Source: a virus (taxonomy: Duplodnaviria; Caudoviricetes). From it: a DNA stretch of 46,101 bases. Position 1 is the first letter of the stretch, and each line of letters opens with the position of its first letter. Both the position numbers and the translations under genes were made by a program. The notes under the pieces were generated by a model. The model made no database searches, had not been told where the DNA came from, and was given only the letters and a program-made list of their open reading frames with translations. Positions 1-8,591 of the stretch are shown piece by piece. The stretch is taken from the IMG/VR virus record IMGVR_UViG_3300017754_001947, positions 1 through 46,101 of that record. The stretch is one strand, 5' to 3'.

Positions 1-945
1 ACTACTACTAACTCTGATAATTTCCAGGGTGGAACTACAGCTGCTACTTGCTGCTTTGAGTTCTTGTGTGGAGAAACTTACTACTTGCGTCTTGATCTTA
101 AAGGATCTCCGCTTCTGCGTTTCTTGAACCACAACTCTTACCACACACTTTCAGCTTACACTGGATGTTGCTCAGGTCCTACTCCAACTGTAGTTGACTC
201 TACTTTGGTTATGATCTCTTGGGCTACTGAAATCATCACTTCTGAATACACTAAGAGCTTTGTTCTTCCTGTAGTATTTGATGAAGCTGGTGTTGCTTGG
301 TATGCTCCTGGAACAACTTCAGATCCACTTACTGGTGCTCTTGTAAATTCAACTCAGTGGTGGGATGCTTATGTTTCTACAGGTCACACTGCAAATGCTT
401 GCGCAGGTCTTCGCTTGTTTGGTGCTTATGTTGAAACTAAGTTTGGTAACTGTTCTTTCCAAATCACTGATTTCTTTGAAAAAGAATTGGTGCGTATCTA
501 TGCTTCTATGGTAGATTACAATGGTGATCCATGTGTATTCTCAGGTATCTGCGTATACACTGAGTGCTATGGTCTTCAGGGTATGGGATTTGGTGAGCAA
601 GTTCTTCGTGATTTGATTCTTTCTGAGTCTTATCTGCAGAATTACTTCCACACTGATATTCGTATTCGTGAAATCACCCAGGGATCTGACATCATTGCAA
701 ATGTTAACCGCAATGCTTTGTATGGAAGATACTTCATCTTGCACAGTGTTCCACGTTACAACAACCCAAGTAGCACATTTGACAATGATCAATACATGCT
801 TGAAGTTATTGTAAATGCTCCGATCACAGCATTTGAAGATGATATGACTGCATGGTTGTCTGCATGTGGTAATGATTGCACTTCGCTTGTAATTAATTCT
901 TGCGAGCCTTGTGTAGTTCCACCAAATCCAGAACCAGTTAGATAA
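1..945 (+). CDS. 5'-truncated virion structural protein, probably the auxiliary capsid protein that follows the MCP in crAss-like phages
   Basis: Frame is open from base 1 (TTTNSDNFQGGTTAATCCFEFLCGETYY...), so the TTG at 64 is not the real start. Strong codon bias (CGT, GGT, TTC, AAC) and a terminator follow, typical of a highly expressed gene. QGMGFGEQVLRDL and the DNDQY end resemble, from recall, the crAss gene-75-like family. Confidence 0.6.
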   Translation, partial: TTTNSDNFQGGTTAATCCFEFLCGETYYLRLDLKGSPLLRFLNHNSYHTLSAYTGCCSGPTPTVVDSTLVMISWATEIITSEYTKSFVLPVVFDEAGVAWYAPGTTSDPLTGALVNSTQWWDAYVSTGHTANACAGLRLFGAYVETKFGNCSFQITDFFEKELVRIYASMVDYNGDPCVFSGICVYTECYGLQGMGFGEQVLRDLILSESYLQNYFHTDIRIREITQGSDIIANVNRNALYGRYFILHSVPRYNNPSSTFDNDQYMLEVIVNAPITAFEDDMTAWLSACGNDCTSLVINSCEPCVVPPNPEPVR

Positions 946-960
946 TTTTAACTGAACCGT

Positions 961-1000
961 AAAAAAAGGGAGTAGAGTAAAAAAACTCTCTCCCTTTTTT
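961..1000 (+). terminator. Rho-independent terminator, possibly bidirectional
   Basis: AAAAAAAGGGAG(T)AGAGT - A-rich loop - ACTCTCTCCCTTTTTT inverted repeat 15 nt after the stop at 945, with a 3' T-tract and a 5' A-tract. Confidence 0.85.
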
Positions 1001-1025
1001 ATTATTTTTGTTTATATTAAAAACA

Positions 1026-1580
1026 ATGGCACAGCACCAACTAAGTCTTGAAGCACCGGATACCATGAATCTTGGTATCTTAAGAGTTGTAGATACAAGT
1101 GTTTATAGCTCACTTATTCCTGTAACATGTCCTAAGTTGGCAGTAACTCTCCCGGGATTTAGTTATTCTGTAGAATTTACAGAGCCTGTAATTAATGCTG
1201 GGTTTATTGTAAATATCACAGCTTGTGATCTTCAAGTACAAACTGCTCAATGTGGTACTGTACTTAATAATTTACCAGATGGTGTATACATTCTTAAGTA
1301 TAGTGTATCACCTAATGATCAAGTATATGTAGAGTATAATCACTTACGTATTACTTATGCAATGACACAGTACCAAACACTTCTTTGTGAATTGGATTTA
1401 GGTGCTTGTGATCCACCTCAAATTATTAAAGACAAACTCAATAAGCTTAGAATGATACAAATGTATCTTCAAGCAGCTAAAGCTAAAGTAGAGGTTTGTC
1501 ATGAGCCTCAAGAAGGCATGCAACTTTATAACTATGCATTGAAACTTCTTAAAAAGATGGAATGCAAAACTTGTAAGTAA
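1026..1580 (+). CDS. Virion structural protein, putative portal-vertex auxiliary / crAss gene-74-like protein (184 aa)
   Basis: Better start is the ATG at 1026 (aaaacaATG) rather than TTG 1008. Beta-rich N-terminus with LPDGVY, helical C-terminus ending CKTCK. Position directly after the auxiliary capsid gene. Confidence 0.55.
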   Translation: MAQHQLSLEAPDTMNLGILRVVDTSVYSSLIPVTCPKLAVTLPGFSYSVEFTEPVINAGFIVNITACDLQVQTAQCGTVLNNLPDGVYILKYSVSPNDQVYVEYNHLRITYAMTQYQTLLCELDLGACDPPQIIKDKLNKLRMIQMYLQAAKAKVEVCHEPQEGMQLYNYALKLLKKMECKTCK

Positions 1581-1601
1581 AAACAACAAAAACCAAAACC
1601 A

Positions 1602-1775
1602 ATGACTTGTAACAATTGTAAAGCAAAACTTTCTTGTGGATGTCAGAAAAGAGTAGCTTCTAATGGTGTTCATGTATGCAGTAATTGTCTTTTTGCATAT
1701 GAAGCCTCTCTTAAAAATAAACCTAATCCACAACAGATTAATATTACAGCTGTAAACGCTACACTCAATAAATAA
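1602..1775 (+). CDS. Small Cys-rich protein (57 aa, CxxC-x5-CGC-x11-CxxC), absent from the ORF track
   Basis: Manual translation: MTCNNCKAKLSCGCQKRVASNGVHVCSNCLFAYEASLKNKPNPQQINITAVNATLNK*. It has an A/C-rich leader and fills the gap between 1580 and the ATG at 1779. Confidence 0.85.
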   Translation: MTCNNCKAKLSCGCQKRVASNGVHVCSNCLFAYEASLKNKPNPQQINITAVNATLNK

Positions 1776-1778
1776 AAC

Positions 1779-3686
1779 ATGTCTACTACAACATATCATG
1801 TAGGTAACCAAGGATTTATAAGGAAACTTATAGATAACACTACTCCATGGAGTGATATTGGTTATTCCTTTACTTCAGGTGTACTACCTGTTTACTATGA
1901 TGTGATGACAGATCCTACTGATGGGGATAAGGTATTTGTAGTAGGTCAATCTCTTACATTTAATACTCCAGGATTTTATGGAGTATTAGTTTCTACTAAT
2001 GGAGGTACAACTTGGAGTATACCAACTGGTACTTATCAAACAGATGTTGCTCAATTAAATTTCAAATTTTATGAGATTTGGGTAGTAAGTAATTTAGTTT
2101 CATATGCTTGTGGAGATAATGGTGTAGTAATTAAGAGTACTGATGGAGGACTTACATATAGCTCTTGTACACAGCTTCCTGCAGGAGTAATTGTTCCAAA
2201 TGCTGAACCTATTGTTCCTACAGCATATTCTTTGCATTTTATTAGTACAACAACTGGTGTTGTAGGTTGTAGAAATCTTATCTATAAAACAACGGATGGA
2301 GGAGTAACCTGGTCATCATTGACTATTATACCTGATGTAGCTCCTAATTTACCTCAGAATATTTTAGGTATTCATATGTCTGCAGATGAGCAGACTATTG
2401 TAGCATGTGGTTCTCAGTATATTATTAGATCTACAGATGGTGGAGTTAGTTGGAGTGTAGTTTATAGCTGGGTATCTATTAGTGACTTTGCAGGTAAACA
2501 CCTTACCTGGATTGATGATAATAATCTATGGGCTACAGGAGCAAGAAATGTAGTAGTACAATCTACTGATGCAGGTTTGTCTTGGACTCAAGTTCAACCT
2601 ACAACTGCTTCTGGAGATATTAGATTAGCCGGCCACTTCTATACTATTAATGATGGATATCTAGGTATAACTACTACAGAACAAGTAACAAGTAACTCTG
2701 GTAATACAGTAGCTACTAGTGAAGTTGTTCCTGGCGCTAAAAGTATTGAAGCTGTTTGGACTTATTATCAGGCACCTGTATGTTACAAGCTTACTAATTG
2801 CTGCGATAATGCTTGTGTATTTACAGTAAGTAATGACCTATCTGCTTATGTTGGTTTAAGTATTTATATACCAACTCTTCCGGATGTTGAGTGTTTAAAT
2901 AATCTTATTGGGTATAAAAACTGTTTTACAGTTACTTTAGCTCAAGATTGTACTCAAGTAATTGAAATAGATACTACAGGTTTAATATCTTCTGCAGACT
3001 GTGAAAGTTGTATACCCAGACATTATGTACTTACTAATTGTGTTGATGATCAGGATGTTATTATCACTTCTACTGATTTCAGTGATTATGTAGGCCAAGT
3101 TGTTAATCTTAGTAATTGTGGAGATAAGTGCTATACAGTATCTACTAATATAGATTGTAATATCTATGGTACTACCACAAATACAGTAACTAACTCTTAT
3201 GCAACTTGTGAACTTTGTGCATATGTACCTCCAGTTCCTAGAGAGCTTAAGAAAAGATCAGTAAAACCAGGATATGATACACCGGCTTGTACAGCAGATG
3301 CATATGATAATATCACTTGCAAGTTTGCTACAGCTGTGTATGATGAGATGGTTAAAGCAAGATATGGTATAACTATCTGCTGTGAGCATGATGTAAACTA
3401 TTGGGATGTACAAAAACAAATTCTTGACCTCCAATCTATTATGGATCCTAATCCTAGTACTTTGGATATTCCTTGTACTTGCTGGACAATTAACCAAACT
3501 GTGGGTACTGGCACATATACTTACATGGCTTGTGGAAATATAAGCTCTATTATTACTTTGACTCAAGGGCAAACTGGAACTGTGTGTTCTAAATTTATAC
3601 CTTGTCTTTCAGGTACTACTGGTGCATATAGTATTACAGGATTAGGTACAGTATGTACAGATAATGCTAGTTGCACACCCCTTTGA
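1779..3686 (+). CDS. Virion appendage / putative receptor-binding protein: N-terminal BNR/Asp-box (Ycf48/sialidase-like) beta-propeller plus Cys-rich repeats
   Basis: Asp-box repeats STNGGTTW, STDGGLTY, TTDGGVTW, STDGGVSW, STDAGLSW. C-terminal half is Cys-rich with two YxLTNC...D[LF]SxYVG...C[FY]TV repeats. Confidence 0.7.
   Translation: MSTTTYHVGNQGFIRKLIDNTTPWSDIGYSFTSGVLPVYYDVMTDPTDGDKVFVVGQSLTFNTPGFYGVLVSTNGGTTWSIPTGTYQTDVAQLNFKFYEIWVVSNLVSYACGDNGVVIKSTDGGLTYSSCTQLPAGVIVPNAEPIVPTAYSLHFISTTTGVVGCRNLIYKTTDGGVTWSSLTIIPDVAPNLPQNILGIHMSADEQTIVACGSQYIIRSTDGGVSWSVVYSWVSISDFAGKHLTWIDDNNLWATGARNVVVQSTDAGLSWTQVQPTTASGDIRLAGHFYTINDGYLGITTTEQVTSNSGNTVATSEVVPGAKSIEAVWTYYQAPVCYKLTNCCDNACVFTVSNDLSAYVGLSIYIPTLPDVECLNNLIGYKNCFTVTLAQDCTQVIEIDTTGLISSADCESCIPRHYVLTNCVDDQDVIITSTDFSDYVGQVVNLSNCGDKCYTVSTNIDCNIYGTTTNTVTNSYATCELCAYVPPVPRELKKRSVKPGYDTPACTADAYDNITCKFATAVYDEMVKARYGITICCEHDVNYWDVQKQILDLQSIMDPNPSTLDIPCTCWTINQTVGTGTYTYMACGNISSIITLTQGQTGTVCSKFIPCLSGTTGAYSITGLGTVCTDNASCTPL
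2781..3220 (+). repeat. Two tandem ~70-80 aa Cys-rich protein repeats within the 1779-3686 CDS
   Basis: CYKLTNCCDNACVFTVSNDLSAYVG...NCFTVT...ADCESC versus HYVLTNCVDDQDVIITSTDFSDYVG...KCYTVS...ATCELC. Confidence 0.75.
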
Positions 3687-3717
3687 TTTGTAAAAACTAT
3701 TAAAAAGTTGTATATTA
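3687..3717 (+). promoter_or_regulatory. Candidate promoter TTTG-N20-TATATTA
   Basis: TTTG at 3687-3690 and TATATTA at 3711-3717. The spacing resembles the Bacteroidota -33/-7 promoter. TATATTA also occurs in the intergenic gaps at 1013-1019 and 6606-6612. Confidence 0.45.
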
Positions 3718-3733
3718 ATATATTCCAAAGATC

Positions 3734-5227
3734 ATGAAGCCGATTAATAACGATAATGCATCCTGTAACCCGATCTCCTCTAATTGTGTGATCTGGCAAG
3801 GTGCTGATATTCCATGTATCAACTTATGTAAAGGAGATACAGTAAGTGATGTAGTTTTTAAATTAGCTACAGAGCTTTGTGCAGTTCTTGATCAAATTGA
3901 TGTAACTACTTTAGATCTTTCATGTTTCAATCTTACTGGTTGTGAACCTAAAGATCTTCAAGCTTTCTTACAACTTTTGATTGATAAGATATGTGCACTT
4001 GAAGGATGTTGCAATCAAACTCCAAGTACAGCAAGAACAGGTTGTCCTGATTGTACAGTAAATATTGCACCTTGTTTCTATTATCAGGATGCTTTTGGTA
4101 ATCAAATTACTACAATGCAGCTTACAGATTATGTAACTGCTATTGGTAATAGAGTATGTGATATTCTTAATCAGATTGATATTATTAACCAAACCTTGGT
4201 TAATTATAATATCCGCATTACAGCTCTTGAGAATGCTCCAGCTCCTACCTTTACAATTCCTACAGTAACTCCTAATTGTGTTCTACCTTCAGTACCTACT
4301 GAGGTTCAAATTGTAGTAGATGAATTAGAAAAACAATACTGTGAATTAGTAGGATCTACAGGCCAACCAACTGATATTTATTCTGCTATTCTACAGGAAT
4401 GTCCAGGTTTAGCAACTTCTCCAGTTCTTGGTCCAGGTGGTGGAACAATGGGATCTATCCCAGGATGGGCTAGTCCAGTATTTAATTTGGCTGACAGTAT
4501 CAATAATATGTGGCTCACTATCTGTGATATGAGAGCTGCTATTGTTAATATTCAAAATAACTGTTGCCCATCTGGTTGTGATGGTGTTGCTCTTAATCTT
4601 TCAGCTGTATTTGAAGCACCTAATACACTTAGAATTTATATAACAGGTTCCATAGCAACAGGCTTTAATAACTGTAATGTATTAGGAACTTTGTTTACAA
4701 TATCTGATACATTAGGTGGGTCATTTACTTATTATATTGATGTACCAACTAATCTTAATAACCCGGGTGGTGTTGTTATTGATTTGAGCACTACTCCAGT
4801 TAATACATCATCTAACCTTACAATTCAAGGTAATGTTTGTCTTTGCAATCCTACAACAAATGCAGAATGTTGCAACTACTTATCTTATCTACTAATTAAC
4901 GAGGCTTCTTGTCCAGTGCTTACATTATCTCCATCAATTGGTACAATTGGTTACTCATTTACTGTAGTAAGTGGTACAGCAACATACACTGTACAACTTT
5001 ATGATAATGCAGGAACAACACTTATAGCTCAAAATGTAACTGCTGCTACTGGTCCAACAATTGTATCAGGATCATTTACAAGTCTCTCTTCTTCAACACC
5101 TTATAAAGTAAGAGTGCTTGTTACAGTAGGTTCATCTACAACTACTTGTCCATTTACTCCTGCAACTACACTTCCAGGACCATGCTTACCTCCAACTAGT
5201 GTATCAGCAGTAATAGCAGTAATCTAA
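3734..5227 (+). CDS. Cys-rich virion fibre/spike-like protein with short coiled coil and C-terminal FN3-like domain
   Basis: N-terminal SSNCVIWQGADIPC motif, heptad stretch (ILNQIDIINQTLVNYNIRITALE), and C-terminal FTSLSSSTPYKVRV typical of FN3. Confidence 0.6.
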   Translation: MKPINNDNASCNPISSNCVIWQGADIPCINLCKGDTVSDVVFKLATELCAVLDQIDVTTLDLSCFNLTGCEPKDLQAFLQLLIDKICALEGCCNQTPSTARTGCPDCTVNIAPCFYYQDAFGNQITTMQLTDYVTAIGNRVCDILNQIDIINQTLVNYNIRITALENAPAPTFTIPTVTPNCVLPSVPTEVQIVVDELEKQYCELVGSTGQPTDIYSAILQECPGLATSPVLGPGGGTMGSIPGWASPVFNLADSINNMWLTICDMRAAIVNIQNNCCPSGCDGVALNLSAVFEAPNTLRIYITGSIATGFNNCNVLGTLFTISDTLGGSFTYYIDVPTNLNNPGGVVIDLSTTPVNTSSNLTIQGNVCLCNPTTNAECCNYLSYLLINEASCPVLTLSPSIGTIGYSFTVVSGTATYTVQLYDNAGTTLIAQNVTAATGPTIVSGSFTSLSSSTPYKVRVLVTVGSSTTTCPFTPATTLPGPCLPPTSVSAVIAVI

Positions 5228-5239
5228 AAACTTAAAACA

Positions 5240-5779
5240 ATGGCCTGCAATACTTGTAACTGTCAAACAACACCATGCGGATGTGAGAAGGGGTTAACTA
5301 CTCCTCCTCCATGCTCGGTTAATACTACCTTTTGTCCAACACCTAATCCTTGTGCTGAAGAGTTTAGCTCTGATTGTATTGTATACACTGGGCCAGAATT
5401 ACTTTGTGGAAATAGTCCTTTGACTACTTTAACTAGTATTATCCCAACAGGTATATCAGTATCTGAAGCTTTACAGATCCTAGTTAATTATATTTGCAAT
5501 GGAGCTACAGATCAAGGTAATGTATACCTAAGACTTAATGGACAAGTAACTAGTTCTAGTATTCCTATTATCTGGGATGCTATTACTGGAGATAGTACTT
5601 ATAAAATCTATATGAAGCTTTCTTCTGATCCAGTAGGAAGCTTTACTTTGATTTCTACAGTTTCTCCTACCTATGCTACAATTACAGGTCTTTTAGCTAA
5701 TACTAGCTATGACTTTTATGTACAGGGTAGTACAACTAACCAGAAATCTATGTATGTTAGAATCTTAACTCTTGCTTAA
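5240..5779 (+). CDS. Cys-rich virion protein with FN3-like domain, paralogous N-terminal module to 3734-5227
   Basis: SSDCIVYTGPELLC parallels SSNCVIWQGADIPC. ITGLLANTSYDFYV is an FN3 signature. N-terminus is MACNTCNCQTTPCGC. Confidence 0.65.
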   Translation: MACNTCNCQTTPCGCEKGLTTPPPCSVNTTFCPTPNPCAEEFSSDCIVYTGPELLCGNSPLTTLTSIIPTGISVSEALQILVNYICNGATDQGNVYLRLNGQVTSSSIPIIWDAITGDSTYKIYMKLSSDPVGSFTLISTVSPTYATITGLLANTSYDFYVQGSTTNQKSMYVRILTLA

Positions 5780-5791
5780 AAACCAAATAAA

Positions 5792-6493
5792 ATGGCACTA
5801 GTACCAGCATCAATTACAGTAAATTTTACCAGTAACTATACTGGAAATCACCGGGTTTGTTACAGACTAGGTGGTGTAGGTCTTTATGACTGCACTACTA
5901 TTGTAACTTGTATAGGAGGTGGAACAGCTTGTTCAGCTACAATCAATGTTACAGTAGATGATGAGTCTTGTGATGACTATGTATATGATGGATATGTACA
6001 AGCAACCTGTGAAGAAGAAGGATCTCTTACAGGTAGAGTAGCTTGGACTGCTACATATACCCCTACAAATGCATGCTTTTCAGTAGCATTTACTTGTAAT
6101 GCTTCAGGTGGAGCTGCATTTTGCCCAGCATTTACTCTTCCTTCAGACCCTGATTGTGGAGGAGGTACAGTAGATGTACCTGCTATTCCTGATGGAGATA
6201 CTTTTAGTTTTTGCTTTCCTGCGGGAACTACTTTTGCAGCGCCTACAGATTATACAAGAGTTAATGGAGATACAGATTGCTGCACTTGTAACACTATTAC
6301 TATTTCAGCCCCTACAAACCCTGCTACTACAGGTATCTATTTTTACCAAGATTGTATCACTAAACAGTTTGTTTCAGGTACCCTTACTACCGGTGATCCT
6401 GATGTAGTAGTATGTTCAATCATATCTTCTGAAGGAGTAGAATATAACAAGTCAATGTCCATTGTAATTGGTGGAACTTGTCCAGTACTTTAA
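5792..6493 (+). CDS. Cys/Thr/Gly-rich hypothetical virion protein
   Basis: Clean ORF with A-rich leader, beta-strand-like composition, many Cys, followed by a terminator. Confidence 0.6.
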   Translation: MALVPASITVNFTSNYTGNHRVCYRLGGVGLYDCTTIVTCIGGGTACSATINVTVDDESCDDYVYDGYVQATCEEEGSLTGRVAWTATYTPTNACFSVAFTCNASGGAAFCPAFTLPSDPDCGGGTVDVPAIPDGDTFSFCFPAGTTFAAPTDYTRVNGDTDCCTCNTITISAPTNPATTGIYFYQDCITKQFVSGTLTTGDPDVVVCSIISSEGVEYNKSMSIVIGGTCPVL

Positions 6494-6497
6494 TTAA

Positions 6498-6525
6498 GCT
6501 GTGATTTTGTTGGTTTTTTCGCAGC
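6498..6525 (+). other. Stem-loop with U/G-rich loop just upstream of the terminator
   Basis: GCTGTGA (6498-6504) pairs with TCGCAGC (6519-6525), including one G-U pair. The 14-nt loop is TTTTGTTGGTTTTT. Confidence 0.5.
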
Positions 6526-6564
6526 AAAGGCGAGGCCCTGGGGAAACCCGGGGTCTTTGCTTTT
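6523..6564 (+). terminator. Rho-independent terminator
   Basis: GC-rich hairpin GAGGCCCTGGG-GAAA-CCCGGGGTCTT (GNRA loop, G-U pairs) followed by TGCTTTT, in an otherwise AT-rich region. Confidence 0.85.
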
Positions 6565-6621
6565 ATAGGATATAATGATTATTTTTAACTCTGCAAATTT
6601 TTCACTATATTATTATGTACT

Positions 6622-7212
6622 ATGGACTTTAAAAACTACAAGAAACCTGATGTAAAAGCTCCAAGATTTAGAAAAGAGAGACTTAATCTATTAGAGTCTG
6701 ATCTATTTAAGGAGTTTAGAAAGGAGTTTCCTGAGTACAAAAAGGTTTCAGATAAAGATCTTAGAAACATAATTAAGACTTTTAATGAAAACATTTGGAA
6801 AGAAGTAATAGTAAATAGAGATGGAGTTGAGCTACCTGAAGGATTAGGATACCTATTTGTGGGATCTTGTCCACCACCTAGTGGTAAAAACATAGATGCT
6901 CCAAATTCTTTGAAATATGGTAAACAACTAAAGAATACTAATCTTAACTCGGATGGTCTGCTGTGTAAGATATTCTATAGTAGCTTTGCCTCTAAATATA
7001 AGTATGAGTTTAGAAAGCTCTGGAGATTTAAAGGTTGTAGAAACTTTACCAGATCAGTATCTAAAGCATACAGAGAGAATTGGAAAAATTATGTTCAGGT
7101 AGATAAAAGAGTAATGATATCTAAGCTTTATAAGAAAAGTGTAACTAGAGATATTATGAAAAGGCTTTCCATGAGCAAATTAGATAACTATAACGAATTT
7201 GATCTAGATTAA
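6622..7212 (+). CDS. HU/IHF-like basic DNA-binding protein of crAss-like tail modules
   Basis: Lys-rich, with two helices followed by DGVELPEGLGYLFV, matching the HU/IHF 'V.L.GFG.F' strand. IHF-like genes precede the tail genes in crAss-like phages. Confidence 0.7.
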   Translation: MDFKNYKKPDVKAPRFRKERLNLLESDLFKEFRKEFPEYKKVSDKDLRNIIKTFNENIWKEVIVNRDGVELPEGLGYLFVGSCPPPSGKNIDAPNSLKYGKQLKNTNLNSDGLLCKIFYSSFASKYKYEFRKLWRFKGCRNFTRSVSKAYRENWKNYVQVDKRVMISKLYKKSVTRDIMKRLSMSKLDNYNEFDLD

Positions 7213-7213
7213 A

Positions 7214-7888
7214 ATGACAACAATAGGAGATACAATATCTAGAGTCCGCAACACTATTAAAGGTGTTAAAGAAGATGCCTTTATAACTGATAGATACATT
7301 TATAGCTTGGTTCTGAAATATGCTAAACTTTATATTCAGAGACAGGATACAGCTAATCAAATTCTTAAGTATCAAAATTTATTTGAGGTTATCCCTTGTG
7401 TAGAGCTTACTGAAGTTGATAAAATAGAAGCATGTTGTGCTGGAATTAAATCTAAGTGCACTGTTATGCGCACTAAAGAAAAACTTCCTATTGTTCTTCA
7501 AGGTTCTTATGGACCTCTATTTAGAACAGTTAGTTCTCTAGATTATTCTGTTTTAGCATATCCAACAAGCCCGGCTATTTATACAGCTATGGCTAACAGT
7601 ACTACTTTTAAGTATAACAAAAATGCTTACTACTGGTATTTAGATGGCTACATGTATTTTCCAAATGTACTTTGGGAAGCTGCTAGAATTGAAGGTATTT
7701 GGGCTGACAGTATTAGTTACTTAAAGTGTAATTCTGATACTGCTTGTAAAATCAGACAAGATGATAATACTAATATTCCTGAGTACATGTTTGCTGAAAT
7801 AGAAAAGCAAGTGTTATCAGATATTATGCTTCTTGCTCAGGTGCCACAAGAGCCTGCAGAAAATGGTCAAAACGTACTAAGATCTTAA
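7214..7888 (+). CDS. Tail tubular / ring protein
   Basis: 224 aa with an N-terminal helical pair, a YWYLDGYMYF beta-hairpin and a C-terminal IPEYMFAEI helix. Located between the IHF-like gene and the tail stabilisation gene. Confidence 0.6.
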   Translation: MTTIGDTISRVRNTIKGVKEDAFITDRYIYSLVLKYAKLYIQRQDTANQILKYQNLFEVIPCVELTEVDKIEACCAGIKSKCTVMRTKEKLPIVLQGSYGPLFRTVSSLDYSVLAYPTSPAIYTAMANSTTFKYNKNAYYWYLDGYMYFPNVLWEAARIEGIWADSISYLKCNSDTACKIRQDDNTNIPEYMFAEIEKQVLSDIMLLAQVPQEPAENGQNVLRS

Positions 7889-7892
7889 AACA

Positions 7893-8591
7893 ATGACTAT
7901 TTTAGAAAATACTAAATCAGATTCTTGTATTTATTGTATAATGAATCAAGAAAATGGACTTTTTTATATAGGTCAAACTAGATGTTATTCTAAAAGATCT
8001 AAAGAACATTTAAATGATTTTAAAGCAGGAAGGCATAAAAATATATGGATGCAAAGAGTATTTCAAAAAAATAATTTACTTATAATGTTTCCTGTTGAAA
8101 ACTGTAGTCCTGAAAAATTAAATGAAAGAGAAGTATTTTGGATTGATTATCATCAATGTTCAAATAGAAGAAATGGTTATAATCTTTCAAAGGGAGGAGA
8201 TTTTTCATTACTCTTATTAACTGAGGATGCACAAAAAAGAAAAGCTGATGCACGAAGAGGTAAGCCAGGAACATTAAAAGGAAAAAAGCAGTCTAAAGAA
8301 TGGATAGAAGCAAGAATGTCTAAATTAAGGGGTCAAAAAAGAAATTACTCAGAAGAACATTTAACTGCAATAAGAGAATCTAGAAAAAAAACAAAAGGTA
8401 TTCGTAAAAAAGGGAAACTTGTAAAGGTTATAGATTTAATAACAAAAGAAGAAAAAATATTTCAAAGTAAACGAGAAGTCGAAGATTTTTTAGGAATTGC
8501 TCGAGATAAACTTATTCATAAATTTTATAAAGGAAAACCAAGAAAAATTCTTAAAGAAACCAAAGTTGGCAAATATTTAATAATCAGATAA
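7893..8591 (+). mobile_element. Free-standing GIY-YIG (Seg-like) homing endonuclease with NUMOD-like basic C-terminal DNA-binding region
   Basis: CIYCIMNQENGLFYIGQT (GIY-YIG), R..EH, LNEREVFWI and GYNL motifs, plus Lys/Arg-rich repeats. More A-rich than its neighbours and abuts intact genes on both sides. Confidence 0.9.

Noticed and set aside
1-945. Major capsid protein call for the first ORF
   Set aside because: No MCP motifs were recognised. Cys content and position fit the auxiliary protein after the MCP better, but the gene is truncated so this stays uncertain.
3678-3693. prfB-like CTT-TGA +1 frameshift at the end of 1779-3686
   Set aside because: The +1 frame reads TTT GAT TTG TAA and stops immediately.
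7889-8591. Group I intron around the GIY-YIG gene
   Set aside because: There is no flanking non-coding sequence for a ribozyme core, and both neighbours look like complete genes.
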